Shown here piece after piece: positions 24,571 through 36,220 of a DNA stretch of 64,000 nt. Numbering within the stretch: position 1 is the stretch's first letter; each line of letters starts with the position of its first letter. The DNA comes from Raja brachyura (taxonomy: Eukaryota), in contig OY740806.1 in assembly GCA_963514005.1 (NCBI GenBank), positions 15,376,001 through 15,440,000 on the forward strand. Direction: 5' to 3'. The position numbers and the translations under genes were made by a program. The notes under the pieces were generated by a model. It was given only the letters and a program-made list of their open reading frames with translations. It was not told the DNA's origin and ran no database searches.

Positions 24571-25437
24571 ATGGCAAAGAATCGCGACAATTAAACTAAT
24601 GGGTTAACAAGAGTAAAATTGGTGTACAATCATGTCTCATTGTTTTCATTGCATGCAATTATTGCCTGGTCATAAATGATCCACATCCATGAATGATACT
24701 CAGCACTGGATCTATTAGCATCACCTGCGTTCATCTAAAGATAGTAGTTTTAGTGCTTGTTTTTATTGAGACCAACTATCTTGGCACTCGGATTCAACCA
24801 AACTAGTCTTCTCTTGCTACCATTTGTAAATGCAGATAGAATGCAGGAGTGTGAGTTTCAGGTTAATTCACCTATTTATTCTTGCTACTAACTTTGTAAC
24901 TCGTACTTTCTTGGATGAAATTGGATATGATCTTTATTAATGGTCATATATATTTTGAAAAGCTTGACAATACTTCTCGAAAGAGACACAACCAATGGGT
25001 CTAATGTGGCACAATGCTTGGGCTGTGGGCCCGGTGCTTTGCTTCAATGACCAAGCTGAAGATACCCTCTGATTGCCGTGCTAATATTATATTCTACAAT
25101 TTGATTTATTGGACATTACATCAGTCACTCGTGTTGTATTTAATGACATTTTTGTTAAACTTTCTGACATGCTCTCACTAATCTAACCAAAGTCAAAATC
25201 CAATTATGTTCTCCTCTGCAGTTGAATGACCAATTGTCTCCCTGTTCTAACTTAATTTAGATATCCTAATTAGTTCCCCTTTGACAGCTGCAAGTTATAA
25301 CCATGCAATCTAGTTCTACCTCTGTAATACTTTACCTTCTAAGATCATTTTATAAAGTAATAAATCTGATAGAGGCTGATAGTTAATTGCACATCATTAT
25401 GCTTAGTGATTGTGTGTTTCTATAAAACCTGTTAAGA

Positions 25438-25722
25438 TTTAGTTTAGAGATACAGCGTAGAAGCAGGCCCTTTGGCCCAAAAAATCCCAGCCGACCAGCG
25501 ATCACCAATGCATTAGTTCTATCGTACACATTAGGGACAATTTATAGAAGCCAATGGACCTACAAACCTGCATGTCTTTGGAATATGGGAGGACACTGGA
25601 AAAAACCCATGTGGTCACAGGGAGAATGTACAAACTCAATACAGACAGCACGCGTAGTCGGGGTTGAGTGCGGGTCTCTAGCATTGTAAGGCAGCAACTC
25701 TACTGCTGCGCTACTGTGCCGC
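25438..25722 (-). mobile_element. tRNA-derived SINE
   Basis: Same family as 1692-1990; tttagtttagagatacagc tail; ggcagcaactctactgctgcgctactgtgccgcc head. Confidence 0.85.
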
Positions 25723-28700
25723 CCAACATCTCCACTAGTTGCAGCCAGTCTCCATTCAGTAGTTGTCACTTTTCCTGTTATGGCATCATGCTGACATATC
25801 TTGGTGTAATGTTTTTGTCTGCTCTTTGATTGTCCATGCCAGTTCATCCAGTAAAAGCTAGTGCAGTATGGCATTAGCATAATGTTTCTTCTTGTGCTCT
25901 TAATGTTTCCACACATCCACCTTCACTGCCCCCTACTTTCCTGTTCTTCCACCTAAATCCCACTCCACACCAATACATTAGCCGAGATAATTTAGGATGA
26001 TTGTAGTACTCCTACACTTCAGTTGCTTGAACTTGGCTTGGATGATGTTTTTGATGGGAATTAAGATAATCTGACAGTACAAAAATTCTTGAATTTCATT
26101 TAGCTATGGGCCATAGTCAAGTCATTTATTAAATTGGTGACATTTAATGTGATAAAAGATGGAACTTTCAAATTTTAAATAAAATAATTTTCTTCTAGTT
26201 TTTGAGTCTTCCGTATCTGGCCGGTCACCAACCAATCCTTCCCCAACCCTAACGAGAAATGGGTACTGTTTTTATGCACCCAAATGTTGTGGTTTTTCAA
26301 ACATGTGAGAATGTTGCCACGTTTCAGTGGATTGTCGAAAACACTAGTTTTATTTCTTATGTAGGGAATTTAAAAAGCAATAACTCCAGTAAGATCTCAG
26401 ACCTACTTAAACGAAAGTTGTCAATCCCAATGAGGCCTGCCTCTATGGACACTTTTTTTCAAATGTGACTATAGCAGGGCGGCATTGCTGATATATATTG
26501 GTGCTAGTCTTACAGGATCATAAGTTCTAGGAGCATAATTGGGCCATTCGGCCCATCAAGCCATTTATTCATGGCTGATCTATCTTTCCCTTTCAACCCA
26601 ATTCTCCTACCTTTGCCCCATAACCCCTGATACCCTTGCTGATCTAGTCTTGTTACAAAGTTGCTTTACCGTTGCTTTTTAAGAGAAAATTCTGTGCATT
26701 AACTGTGCAATTCAAGAACCACCCAAATCAATCGTACTTTTTTTTTCACAGCCAAAGTGTTTTAAATTAAGTATTTAAGTCAAAATTTGTCTGTGAATAG
26801 TTTCTAAGACATGGATCCATTTGGATGAAAACTTAGCAAAGTACCCTTTATTCCAAAAAAAAACAGTATTGGACCCGCATAGTACTTTTGTGGGTGATTG
26901 ACATGGTCACAATGTTGGCATGCGTTTTAGTCCAGAAGTAATATCCTCCATTGCCTTTTAAACCCTGCAACATCACATTACTGGTTTATTTTAATATTAA
27001 AACTTTCATTTGAATTTTAGGTGGATTATATGACCCAAACCTCTTTTTCTCACTTAATACTTGCGTGTGTGCGTGTGCTTCATTTCAAATTAAATAAAAA
27101 TGGTAACTGCAATTTAAAGAAAAATCATGTAAAATCTGAAGGAAAAGCATTTTCGATGACAAGTTTAGAATAAAGGCTAAAGTTCTACTGTGATCACTTT
27201 CTGAATTTCAAATTAAAATTCTCCAGGAATAAAACTCTGGAAATGAGCAGGATATGTTGCAGTATATTTTGAACCACCAATGAATGCGAGTCAGCATGTA
27301 TTGCTAACCTCTAATTCTCCCTTAGCTTGCCAGGCCGTTTCAGATAACAGTTAAAAGCCAACCACTGTGTCCAGAGTCAATTAATGATCCCTCGGGGTAG
27401 GTAAAGATAACTATTCTCCTATCCCGAGGGTTATGATGTGAAACAGGCATCGTTTTATGATAGTCCAGTGTGTTTCATGGTCAGCTGATACTGGTACAAC
27501 CTTCTTTGTTTCTAGAGCTGCCTTGGAGTAATTGAATTTGTTTCCAGATCAATAGTCCAGTGTCATGCTACCATGTCTATAATGTCACCTTTTATAATAT
27601 CTTGTATTTTGCAGTATCCTTTATCATAATAAAGTGTCGCAAAAGACCCTGACCGGAGTGTCATGTTGCATTTGACATTGAGCGATAACATTTTTATTAG
27701 GATTTTAGAGATTTACCTTAATGTCAACCTTAAAATTCAACTTTACAGGAAGGATGAGAAAAAAAAAAACGTTGAAAGGCATGAAGAAGAAATTCCAGAC
27801 TGGTTCCTTGGATTGAGAAGTTGAATGTGAAACTTTAAACCCATTGGCTGTATAAGATTTTCTATACTAAAGACCACTGCGATGCCAAATATCCTCGTTA
27901 TACCACCCAATGGGTGGTTTATGTTTTAACTGTATGGAATTTACTTCTTATGGATATTTCATGAGTCTGTGGATTAGTTGTTGATATTCTCAAAGATTTT
28001 GTCTTGTATTTTCTGATGCAAGGCAATACCTCTGTCAGGATGTGTGCGCCTCTCCTGTTTTCCCTTCATTGTCTCACTAAAAGGATACCACAGTTTCAAA
28101 AACTGCTTTTATTGCTGATAACTACTCCTACCCAATTTGCTGAAATCGGTAATAATTCCTACCATTTCAGCAGGGTATGTCAACTAATTGTATGTTTCCA
28201 CACCTTGCTAGCACAGAATAAGCAAAACAAGCCCAAAGCGGTAGACGCTGAACAAGCGGATCATATATTTACGACTCTACAATTTCCTGCACTTCATAAG
28301 GGAGATTCTGTTTTGCTTTGGGGCAAAGATTATGTGCATGTGTAGCAGACCTATTAAGTTGCTAGGCAGGCTTTGATTCAATGATGAATATTTCCTTATC
28401 AGCCAAATGAAAAGAATGATAATATAATTGGAGCATTGAAAGTATGGAACGATTCTTAACTAATTTGCACATATGTTGTATCAACTTGCAGAAAATTGCA
28501 CCTGAACAGTCCCTGTTGCCATTCAGTTCTTGCCTTGTTCAAACACAATTGTGGTTCAGAGGCAGCCCTGTTTGATGACTTGATGAGGCTTCTACTTGTT
28601 GGCAGATTCTGAAAGCTCTGCACAACCATATTATTAAATACTTGCTTTGGAAAGCCACTATAACAATGTGAAACTGAAGGGCATCGGAGGCAGTGATATG

Positions 28701-29889
28701 TCCTTGTTTATGATGTAGGATTATATTTAGTAGATCATTCTCTCTCAGATGTTTCCTTAAGGTTTTATTGAAACAAAGTAAGTGATACAAATCTGTCGAG
28801 CAACTAATGAACTGAGATATTTGAGGAAGAGTAGTTAATAGCCAGCTGTTTGTAATATGTTTTTAAAATACTCTTAATATTGTTTTAATTATTTTGGGAG
28901 ATATTCTAAGGGAGGAGAAGCTGTACAATCTTTGTGAGCATTCTCTAAATGCTGCTGAAAGCGCCAGAGAAATCATTCCTTATGGTTGCTCCCTGATAAC
29001 TGTCACTGGTAAAATTAATATTGCATTTCTACACCTGCGAAGGCTGTAATGCACCAGTTTAATTCAGCCAGTGCTTTACCTGTGAATTGTTAGTCGGCAG
29101 TTTTTTCTCGCCTTAATGGAGGCTTTGTAGCTAGAAAGGTGTGTTGGTCTGAATTCAATATCAGGTTAAATCTGCTTGGCAGTAGAATATATTGAATTCA
29201 GAAATTAGAGAACTGGCTCAGAAAGCAGTCTGATCCATTTGGAATTTCCTCTTAAAAAATATTCTATTCTAAGCGGAGGTGTCGGCAGTTTAACTTGAGC
29301 CAAAGTATAATCCAGGAGTACGGCTCCATTTGTTCCAGCTACTCTGACCCTCGTCAACTTCTTTCTTGATCTATTCCTCTTCTATTGTATGCAGTCACGT
29401 CTTGGGTTCAATAATTTGTCAGTTGGCGTTATACCAAGCCTTAAATATAGAAGCTAAATTAAGTTTTCACCTCCAGTAAAATTATTTGGTGGATATGGGC
29501 AGCTGCTTTTTTTTAATAGGAGGAATTCTTGTTGAATGTTGCAGATTTTGCTGCTTTATTGGCATAAAGAGATCTGATTTTTCTCCCGACAAGAAAAATT
29601 GTTTGTAATTGATCGATTATCTTCTTGGGAACATGGGGTGCTGTTTGTGTGCACAAGATCTGTATCTTTGCTAATTCAACAATCTCACTGTCAACTAGTT
29701 AATAATTATCCTCCACCCCCTGAACAGCCTCGCAGGAACCCAGCAAGAGGTGTTGGATTTTATGAAGCGTATCCATTTTGATATCTATAATTGCATTAAT
29801 CAACTGGTCTGCAGCATTTCCACGGGCAAAAATAATATTTTGAGTTTCATAGTTGAAGCTTGCCAAAAAAGGTAAGTAAAAACACTTGT

Positions 29890-30190
29890 TTGGGCACAAC
29901 TAGGGTATTGTGACCAGTCTGGGCGTCATGCTTTAGCAAAGATGTAAAGGCTTTTAAGAGGGTGTGAAGAGATTTATTAGTATGATTCCATGGATTAAGA
30001 AACTTTCTAATGTGGGTTGACTGCAGAGACTGGAATGGGTTTCTTTTGAACGCAGTTGGTTGCAGGGGGAGCTAAAAGAGGTATTTAAGTCATTGAGTAT
30101 GGGCAGCATAGTTAGAGAGAACCTGTTCCTTTTGCAAGTATGTTTAATACGCAGAGGTCAGAGAATGAAGTTGATTCCAAAAGTGAATAT
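29890..30190 (+). mobile_element. Degenerate CR1-type fragment (duplicate at about 38108-38408)
   Basis: ggcacaactagggtattgtgaccagtctggg...gagggtgtgaagagatttattagtatgattcc resembles RPHLEYCVQFW...ERVQRRFTRMIP codons. Confidence 0.55.
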
Positions 30191-31889
30191 CCTCTAAAAT
30201 ATACTACCAGGGTTAAGTGGAAGGTGATTTAATTATGGTGTTCACAAATATGAGTTGGATAATATATAAAACTAAATAATTAGCTAATATGGGGAGAAAG
30301 TGGACGACCGCAATTATTTGTGTTACTTTTGCAGAGAGCCAGTATGCATCCAATGGTTTCCTTCTGTGCTGCAACTTTGTACGCACTTGTGTGTGAATCT
30401 GTATCCCTTGGATTCTGAATTGAAGAATTATTCTCGTGTGACTGCACAGATGTGTTTGTGTAATAACAAGGAACTGCAGATGCTGATTTACCATAGAAAG
30501 ACACAAATTGCTGGAGTAACTCAGTGGGTGCGGCAGCATCTTGGGAGAACATGGACAGGTGACATTCGTGGTCTGGATCCTTGAGACTGATTGCAGGGAG
30601 GGATATGGGGGTGGGGGAGTTAACTGGAAGAGAGGAGGGGAAGGGCATGGCATGGCCGATAATAGGTGAATACAGGCGAGGGGGACAGGGACGTTTTGGG
30701 GAAGAAAGAGATGGAGGAAGGCTGTTTTTGGATAGCTACCTGATTTGTGACCTGGTTAACTATGATGAAGTTTATCCTGGTGGTCAGCCGCACATGTCAG
30801 AGATTGTAAATAGTCATACATATTTACATGGTAGGAATGCACATTAAACGTGGGGCAGACCTCTGAGCCAGCAGAATTATCGCAGGGTTTCTGACGTCTC
30901 TAATTCTTGAGCTTACTGGTTGCCAAGTGTGTTCTATTAATTCTAGTGTGAGCTGTATACATGTGACCATTTCTTTTGAACGTAATGCCTACCAGCTTAT
31001 TCAGTTGAGAAAATTGCAACTTTATGAGAATTAGCCAGGTATATTTTTCTTTGGGAAATGGAAAGAAGTTTCCTGATGTTTTTTCGCAATAGGTTAATTG
31101 CATTGCAGCCACCCATGTGGAGATCTGAATATGGCCAGGCTTTGCAAGTTAGGAATGCTTTCTTTATTTTAAGAATAATCAGGAAAGGCTGCTATGCCTT
31201 CCATGGTCCTTTACATAGCTGCAAAATCCAGACAGGTTTTGGAGACCCAAGAATCTGTAGATGCTGAAATCTTGATCAAAAGTGTATTGGAGAAAAGGCA
31301 ATGTTTAGGTTTTTGGACCCGTCTTCGGACCGATTCAGACTTTTAATTCTTTGTAACTGGATGATACTGACTTAATGATTCTGGTTCTGATTAGAATTAG
31401 ATGTGAACATTTTAAAATTTATTGGGCAAGAAATTCTATTTGCATAAAAAAATACCGGAGGAACTTAGCAGGTCAGGCCGTCCCTCTGTGGGGACAGGGA
31501 TAGTCAACATTTTGGATTAAGGTCCTCCACTGAGAGGGACAAGAGGAGATGGCAGTATCAATAGGTGGGGGTAAGGAGTGAACAAGGTTTGTCCGGTGAT
31601 AGGTGGAAGCAGGTGGGGCAGTTGAACATAGCCAGGTAGAGGAAGGAGAGGGTGGGTCAAGCTAGAAACAAGCTGGAAGATGTTCAATGGTAAGGGCAAA
31701 GGGCTGCAGATTCTCAAATCTGATAAGGAAGGTGATAAGTGGCACCAAATAGGGAAAGGATAAAGGGCTGATAGAACCAGGTGGGAGGGGGAAGGTTAAT
31801 AATAGTATGGGTGGCTGGGCTGGTTTGGCACAAAGGAGGCGTGGGAGAGCATGGGTAGATTAGAAAGATAAATAAATAAATAGAAGAGG

Positions 31890-32160
31890 TGTGGGATGCC
31901 TGAGCATAGCATATTCAATGTACACACCTTTGGGTTGCAGACTGCCGGGACTAATTCTTCAAGATTGAATGTTGAATCATCATGTCAGTGGAGAAAGCCA
32001 AGAGCGGGCAGATTGGTGTGGGAATTGAAAAGAGACGTAAAATTATATACAACAGTATTGCAGACAGAGTATCGGGGCTACGTGAAATGATTGCCTAGTC
32101 TATACTTAGTCTTGTCGGTGTTAAAGAAGCCTTATGTTAAACACTGAATGTAATAGACAT
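31890..32160 (-). mobile_element. Degenerate Penelope-like GIY-YIG fragment (duplicate at about 40108-40378)
   Basis: Nucleotide similarity to the reverse complement of 20650-20940 (atattcaatgtacacacctttgggttgcagactgcc; gattgcctagtctatacttagtc). Confidence 0.5.
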
Positions 32161-32234
32161 AAGTTGAAAGGTGCATGTGAATCTCTGGCCATTCAGTGCA
32201 TTCTGCGTATCCTGGATCACAAATTGGGCACCTA

Positions 32235-32670
32235 TGAGGTGCGGTCTGTACGATGTTTGTATGTTCTCACCGGGTGCTCCGGTGTCCTCCCACATTTCAA
32301 AGTCATACAGGTTTGGAGGTTAAGGTAGACAGCAATGCTGGAGAAACTCAGTGGGTGAGGCAGCATCTCTGGAGCGAAGGAAGTGGGCAACGTTTCGGAT
32401 CTTCAGACTGATCTGATGTCTGAAGAGGGGTTTCGACCGGAAACGTTGCCTATTTCCTTTGCTCCATAGAGGCTGCCTCACCCGCTGAGTTTCTCCAGCA
32501 TTTTTGTCTACCTTTGATTTTCCAGTATCTGCAGTCCCTTCTTAAACATAAGGTTTGGAGGTTAATTGACTTTGGTAAAATTGTAAATTGTCTCTAGTGT
32601 GTAGGATGATGCTAGTGTACAGGAGATTGCTGATCGGCGTGGGCCGAAGGGCCCGTTTACACGCTGTGGA
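32235..32670 (+). mobile_element. SINE body split by a Penelope-derived insert (duplicate at about 40453-40888)
   Basis: SINE sequence stops at 32323 and resumes at 32551 with a 15-bp TSD aggtttggaggttaa. Confidence 0.8.
32324..32550. mobile_element. Self-inverted Penelope-derived insert (duplicate at 40542-40768)
   Basis: Inverted arms around cttcagactgatctgatgtctgaag; 15-bp TSD. Confidence 0.82.
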
Positions 32671-34600
32671 CATCTGAAAGGACATTTTTTGCGTAAAAGC
32701 AGCGGCTACTTGCATATGTATTTTAAAAAAATGTAATGATGCCACACCAATGGAAACTTGTGCAAGTGCAGCAGTAGTGTAGCTTCCACATGTGACCGAT
32801 TTCAAGATAATCAAGAGTGAACATTTATTTTGGAGATATAATGAACACTGGTTAAAGGAAAGGCAACAATAAGAATCCTTTGCAAAAGGAGTAATTGCCT
32901 GCACTGTTTGGGAATTTTAATTTTGCCGCTCTAGAGGTAGGAAGTGCTGGGATTTGGGAAAAATAATCATTATCATTGTTGGCAAGAAAATGCAGATGTT
33001 TTAATAGTGGTCCAGTTGTTCACTTATAGCCCAAAAATACATTGAAGGATTCTGTTTCAATGGCTTTACTCCCAAGTAGTTAGCAGCTCTCTTACCAGAT
33101 TTTACCTATCCAAGTCATTCTGTGTTTTGTTTTTAAATTCTGAGTGCTAAGTGGCTTTCCATTAATATTTATTGAGGACCAATGACTTCATGCAAACAAT
33201 GAACTATATTCTGCACTCTTGTCTTTCCCTTTGCTCTATTTATTGTACTTCGGTTTGATTTGATTGTATTTATGCATGGTATATCTGATCTGTTTGGACT
33301 GCATCCAGTACCAAGCTTTACACTATACCATGGTAGACATGGCAATAATAAATCTAAACCTTGTCATCTTAATTCTCAAATCAGTCCATTTATTGCTAGG
33401 CCCGTCCAGAGTTCAGTCTTGTCAAAGTTCAGTACCCAGTGCAAGAATGAAACAACTTGTATCTATCTGTGGATGCTAGTTTGACCAGTAGCAGCCCGCC
33501 TCATTTGGAAAGATGATGGCCATGCGAGCAGCAACACATTGAACCATACCGACCTGTTATGTTAATTGTTCATCACTCAGTGGGGTACTGTGTAAAACTA
33601 ACTTTTCACCACATTGTACAGCGATGGCCAGTTCCAATGTCATTTGTATTTTATGTCAGCTGGGTACCTCTCCTGTAAAATTTTCTCTCGGGATGCTCAA
33701 TTAGAAAATATGTTTTCTTTTATGAACACTATCTCCACCTGAAATTAATACCTATACATTAAATTAAAATCACCCATGTGTGACATTCCCCCTTGGGAAC
33801 TAAACTTTCCTCCTGGTCTGCCCCATTAGCATGGTGATGTACAGGTGGTGTCTCTGAATCTGTTTAATGCAGTGTCAAGACCGAAGCCATGGATAAAATG
33901 GCACACAATGTTTCTACTATTTGTAGTCGCAGTCTGGTGATTCTTCATTGTATGTGGCCATGTTGGTAAGCAACTTAAAAGGCATTCCTGTCATCTGAAA
34001 TTAAAGCTTAGGGATATGAGGGGAAATGTGTGCTAATTAATGAAGCTTTTATTGTAGAGTGTGCTCATTAACGAAGCTTTTATTGTAGAGTAAGTATTCA
34101 ACCTAGCCAGCATCCAGAAATGTAAGCCGAGTAGTTTTTGGGGATAAGGTAAGTAGTTTTTGGAAAGGTATGAGGTGAGGAAGTGTGACATACCAGCGGG
34201 TGAACATGGCTACCATGTGTAGCTGAAGGAAGCGAGATGCAGAAAAATATTTATTGAAATAGATTGGTGTCAGATATTTGGAGGAGAAGGAGGAGCAAAA
34301 TGAATGTGAAATTATCTGCTTCTTGTGTTAGTAATTCTGTTGGATTGCAGGTTTATCAACAAGAGCATAATATATATGTCTTTCTCAAATATGGTTCATT
34401 TGGTACCACTCTTGTCTCTAGGTCAGATGGTTTCCACTCCAATAACTTCAGCTCAAACCTCCAGGGTGACAACCTGGTGGTGTTTTGATACGGGTACTGT
34501 TCATTGCGTGGGATATTAAACTAAAACCCCACTTGATCTTTAGGGACAACTTTGAAGATCCTGTGGGTTTTTTTTTAAGGAGCTAGAGAACTATCAACAA

Positions 34601-34796
34601 GGTAGACACAAAATGCTGGAGTAACTCAGCGGAACAGGCAGCATCTCGAGAGAAGGAATGGGTGACATTTTGGGTCGAGACACTTCTTCAGACTGATGTC
34701 AGGGGAGTGGGCAGGATGGAGATCTGTGGGCGGGACAGAAGGTAGCATTTTGTGTCTACCATCGATTTAAGCCAGCATCTGCAGCTCTTTCCTACA
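34601..34796. mobile_element. Penelope-derived insert (duplicate at 42819-43014)
   Basis: TSD aactatca(a/g)caa (34589-34600 / 34797-34808); degenerate minus-strand core. Confidence 0.75.
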
Positions 34797-35246
34797 AACT
34801 ATCAGCAATGTCATTTTCTTCTACTGGACCATGATTTTGAATGTGTAAATTAAATCTCTCCTGGATGTTGTGTGGTAAGCAGTTGCCATATAGCTTTACT
34901 CATCAGTATAATCACAATTTGCGTCATTCATGGTTTTGTATAACACAAGGTGCTTTACAGAAATAATTATGAAAGAAAATTTGAAGAAGATATTGGGACA
35001 AATGATCAGAATTGGAGGTGAGCTCAATAGAAAGACTGAGGTTTAAGAAGTACAATTTGAAGTTTTGACCTCTAGCAGTTGAAGGCTTCATCGCAATTGA
35101 GAGCAGAGCGTGCAGCAGTCCATGTTTGAAGCGTGCTGAGATTGGAAGCGGTTATAGAACTGGAGTGCATTAGAGAATGGGAACAGCAAGACCATAGATG
35201 GAAATGAAGTGTGCAACATTGCTGAACTGAGCATAAATCTCTACCT

Positions 35247-35403
35247 GTTTAAGAATGAACTGCAGATGCTGGAAAAATCAAAGGTATACAAATGCTGGAG
35301 AAATTGTCTGAAGAAGGATCTGGACCCAAAACGTCACCTATTCCTTCGCTTCATAGATGGTGCCTCACCCGCTGAGTTTTTCCAGCAATTTTGTCTACCA
35401 CAG
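35247..35403. mobile_element. Penelope-derived insert (duplicate at 43465-43621)
   Basis: TSD atctctacct (35237-35246 / 35404-35413); degenerate plus-strand core at 35308. Confidence 0.75.
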
Positions 35404-35420
35404 ATCTCTACCTAATCATG

Positions 35421-35660
35421 CAGGGGTTCCCAACCTTTTTTGTCCCATTTACCCTAGGCAACTTTAATAGCACATAACACTGTTATTTCACTTATTTCTG
35501 AGCAACTAATAATGAACAGACACAGACCGGTATACCAGAACCAAACACAATCAGTCAATGAGAAACAAAACATGTACAAATCCAGAATTAAAATATTTAC
35601 CCCCTGGGTAGGCGAAATATACCCCCTGGGGATAAATTTACCCCAGGTTGGGAACCTTTG
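35421..35660. mobile_element. hAT-like MITE (240 bp)
   Basis: TIRs CAGGGGTTCCCAACCT / AGGTTGGGAACCTTTG; subterminal tttacccc repeats; no clean 8-bp TSD. Confidence 0.72.
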
Positions 35661-36220
35661 AAATTAATAATATACATTTCTAGTTTATTTTTAGTAAACC
35701 TCTTCATCTTGTCATCCTTACTAAAGTGTAAAATACAGAATTAGGAGTACTCTACTGACTAGACCTACCCAATAATTTTATTTTGTTCTTCATGCCTTTT
35801 GCTTAGAAAACTCGAGGATCTGTATCTAATTTTTGTCGCTTTCCAATATGTGCTTGTATCCACGTTTTCTGCCTCCCCATTTAAATTCAATGTTTACACC
35901 TTTTGAAATCTGTAGCATGGTTACAAATTATTTTTAACATTTAAAAGTTGCACAAATTCAATGCGTGTGTGTGTGTTATTAAGTATGGAGGGCTGGAGGT
36001 TTCAATTTATTTTCTTACCAAAGCAAACAGTTGCTGGAAAGAAAATACCAGAAGAAAATGGATTTCTTTGCTGCCGAGGAATGGAGCAGAAAATAAGTTA
36101 ACTGACATAGATTCATGGTCATAGAGTCATACAGCATGGAATAAGGCCCTTCACCCCTTGCCCATACCGACCAAAATGTCCCATCTCCACGAGTCCCACC
36201 TGCCTCTATTTGCCCATATC

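Larger units (their letters stand above)
28003..36220 (+). repeat. Tandem segmental duplication, copy 1 (8218 bp)
   Basis: ORFs and motifs recur at +8218 (e.g. 28539/36757, 30213/38431, 35209/43427); no differences found in the stretches compared by eye. Confidence 0.97.

Noticed and set aside
34028-34089. 31-bp x2 tandem repeat (also at 42246-42307)
   Set aside because: Ordinary local slippage duplication with no further structure.
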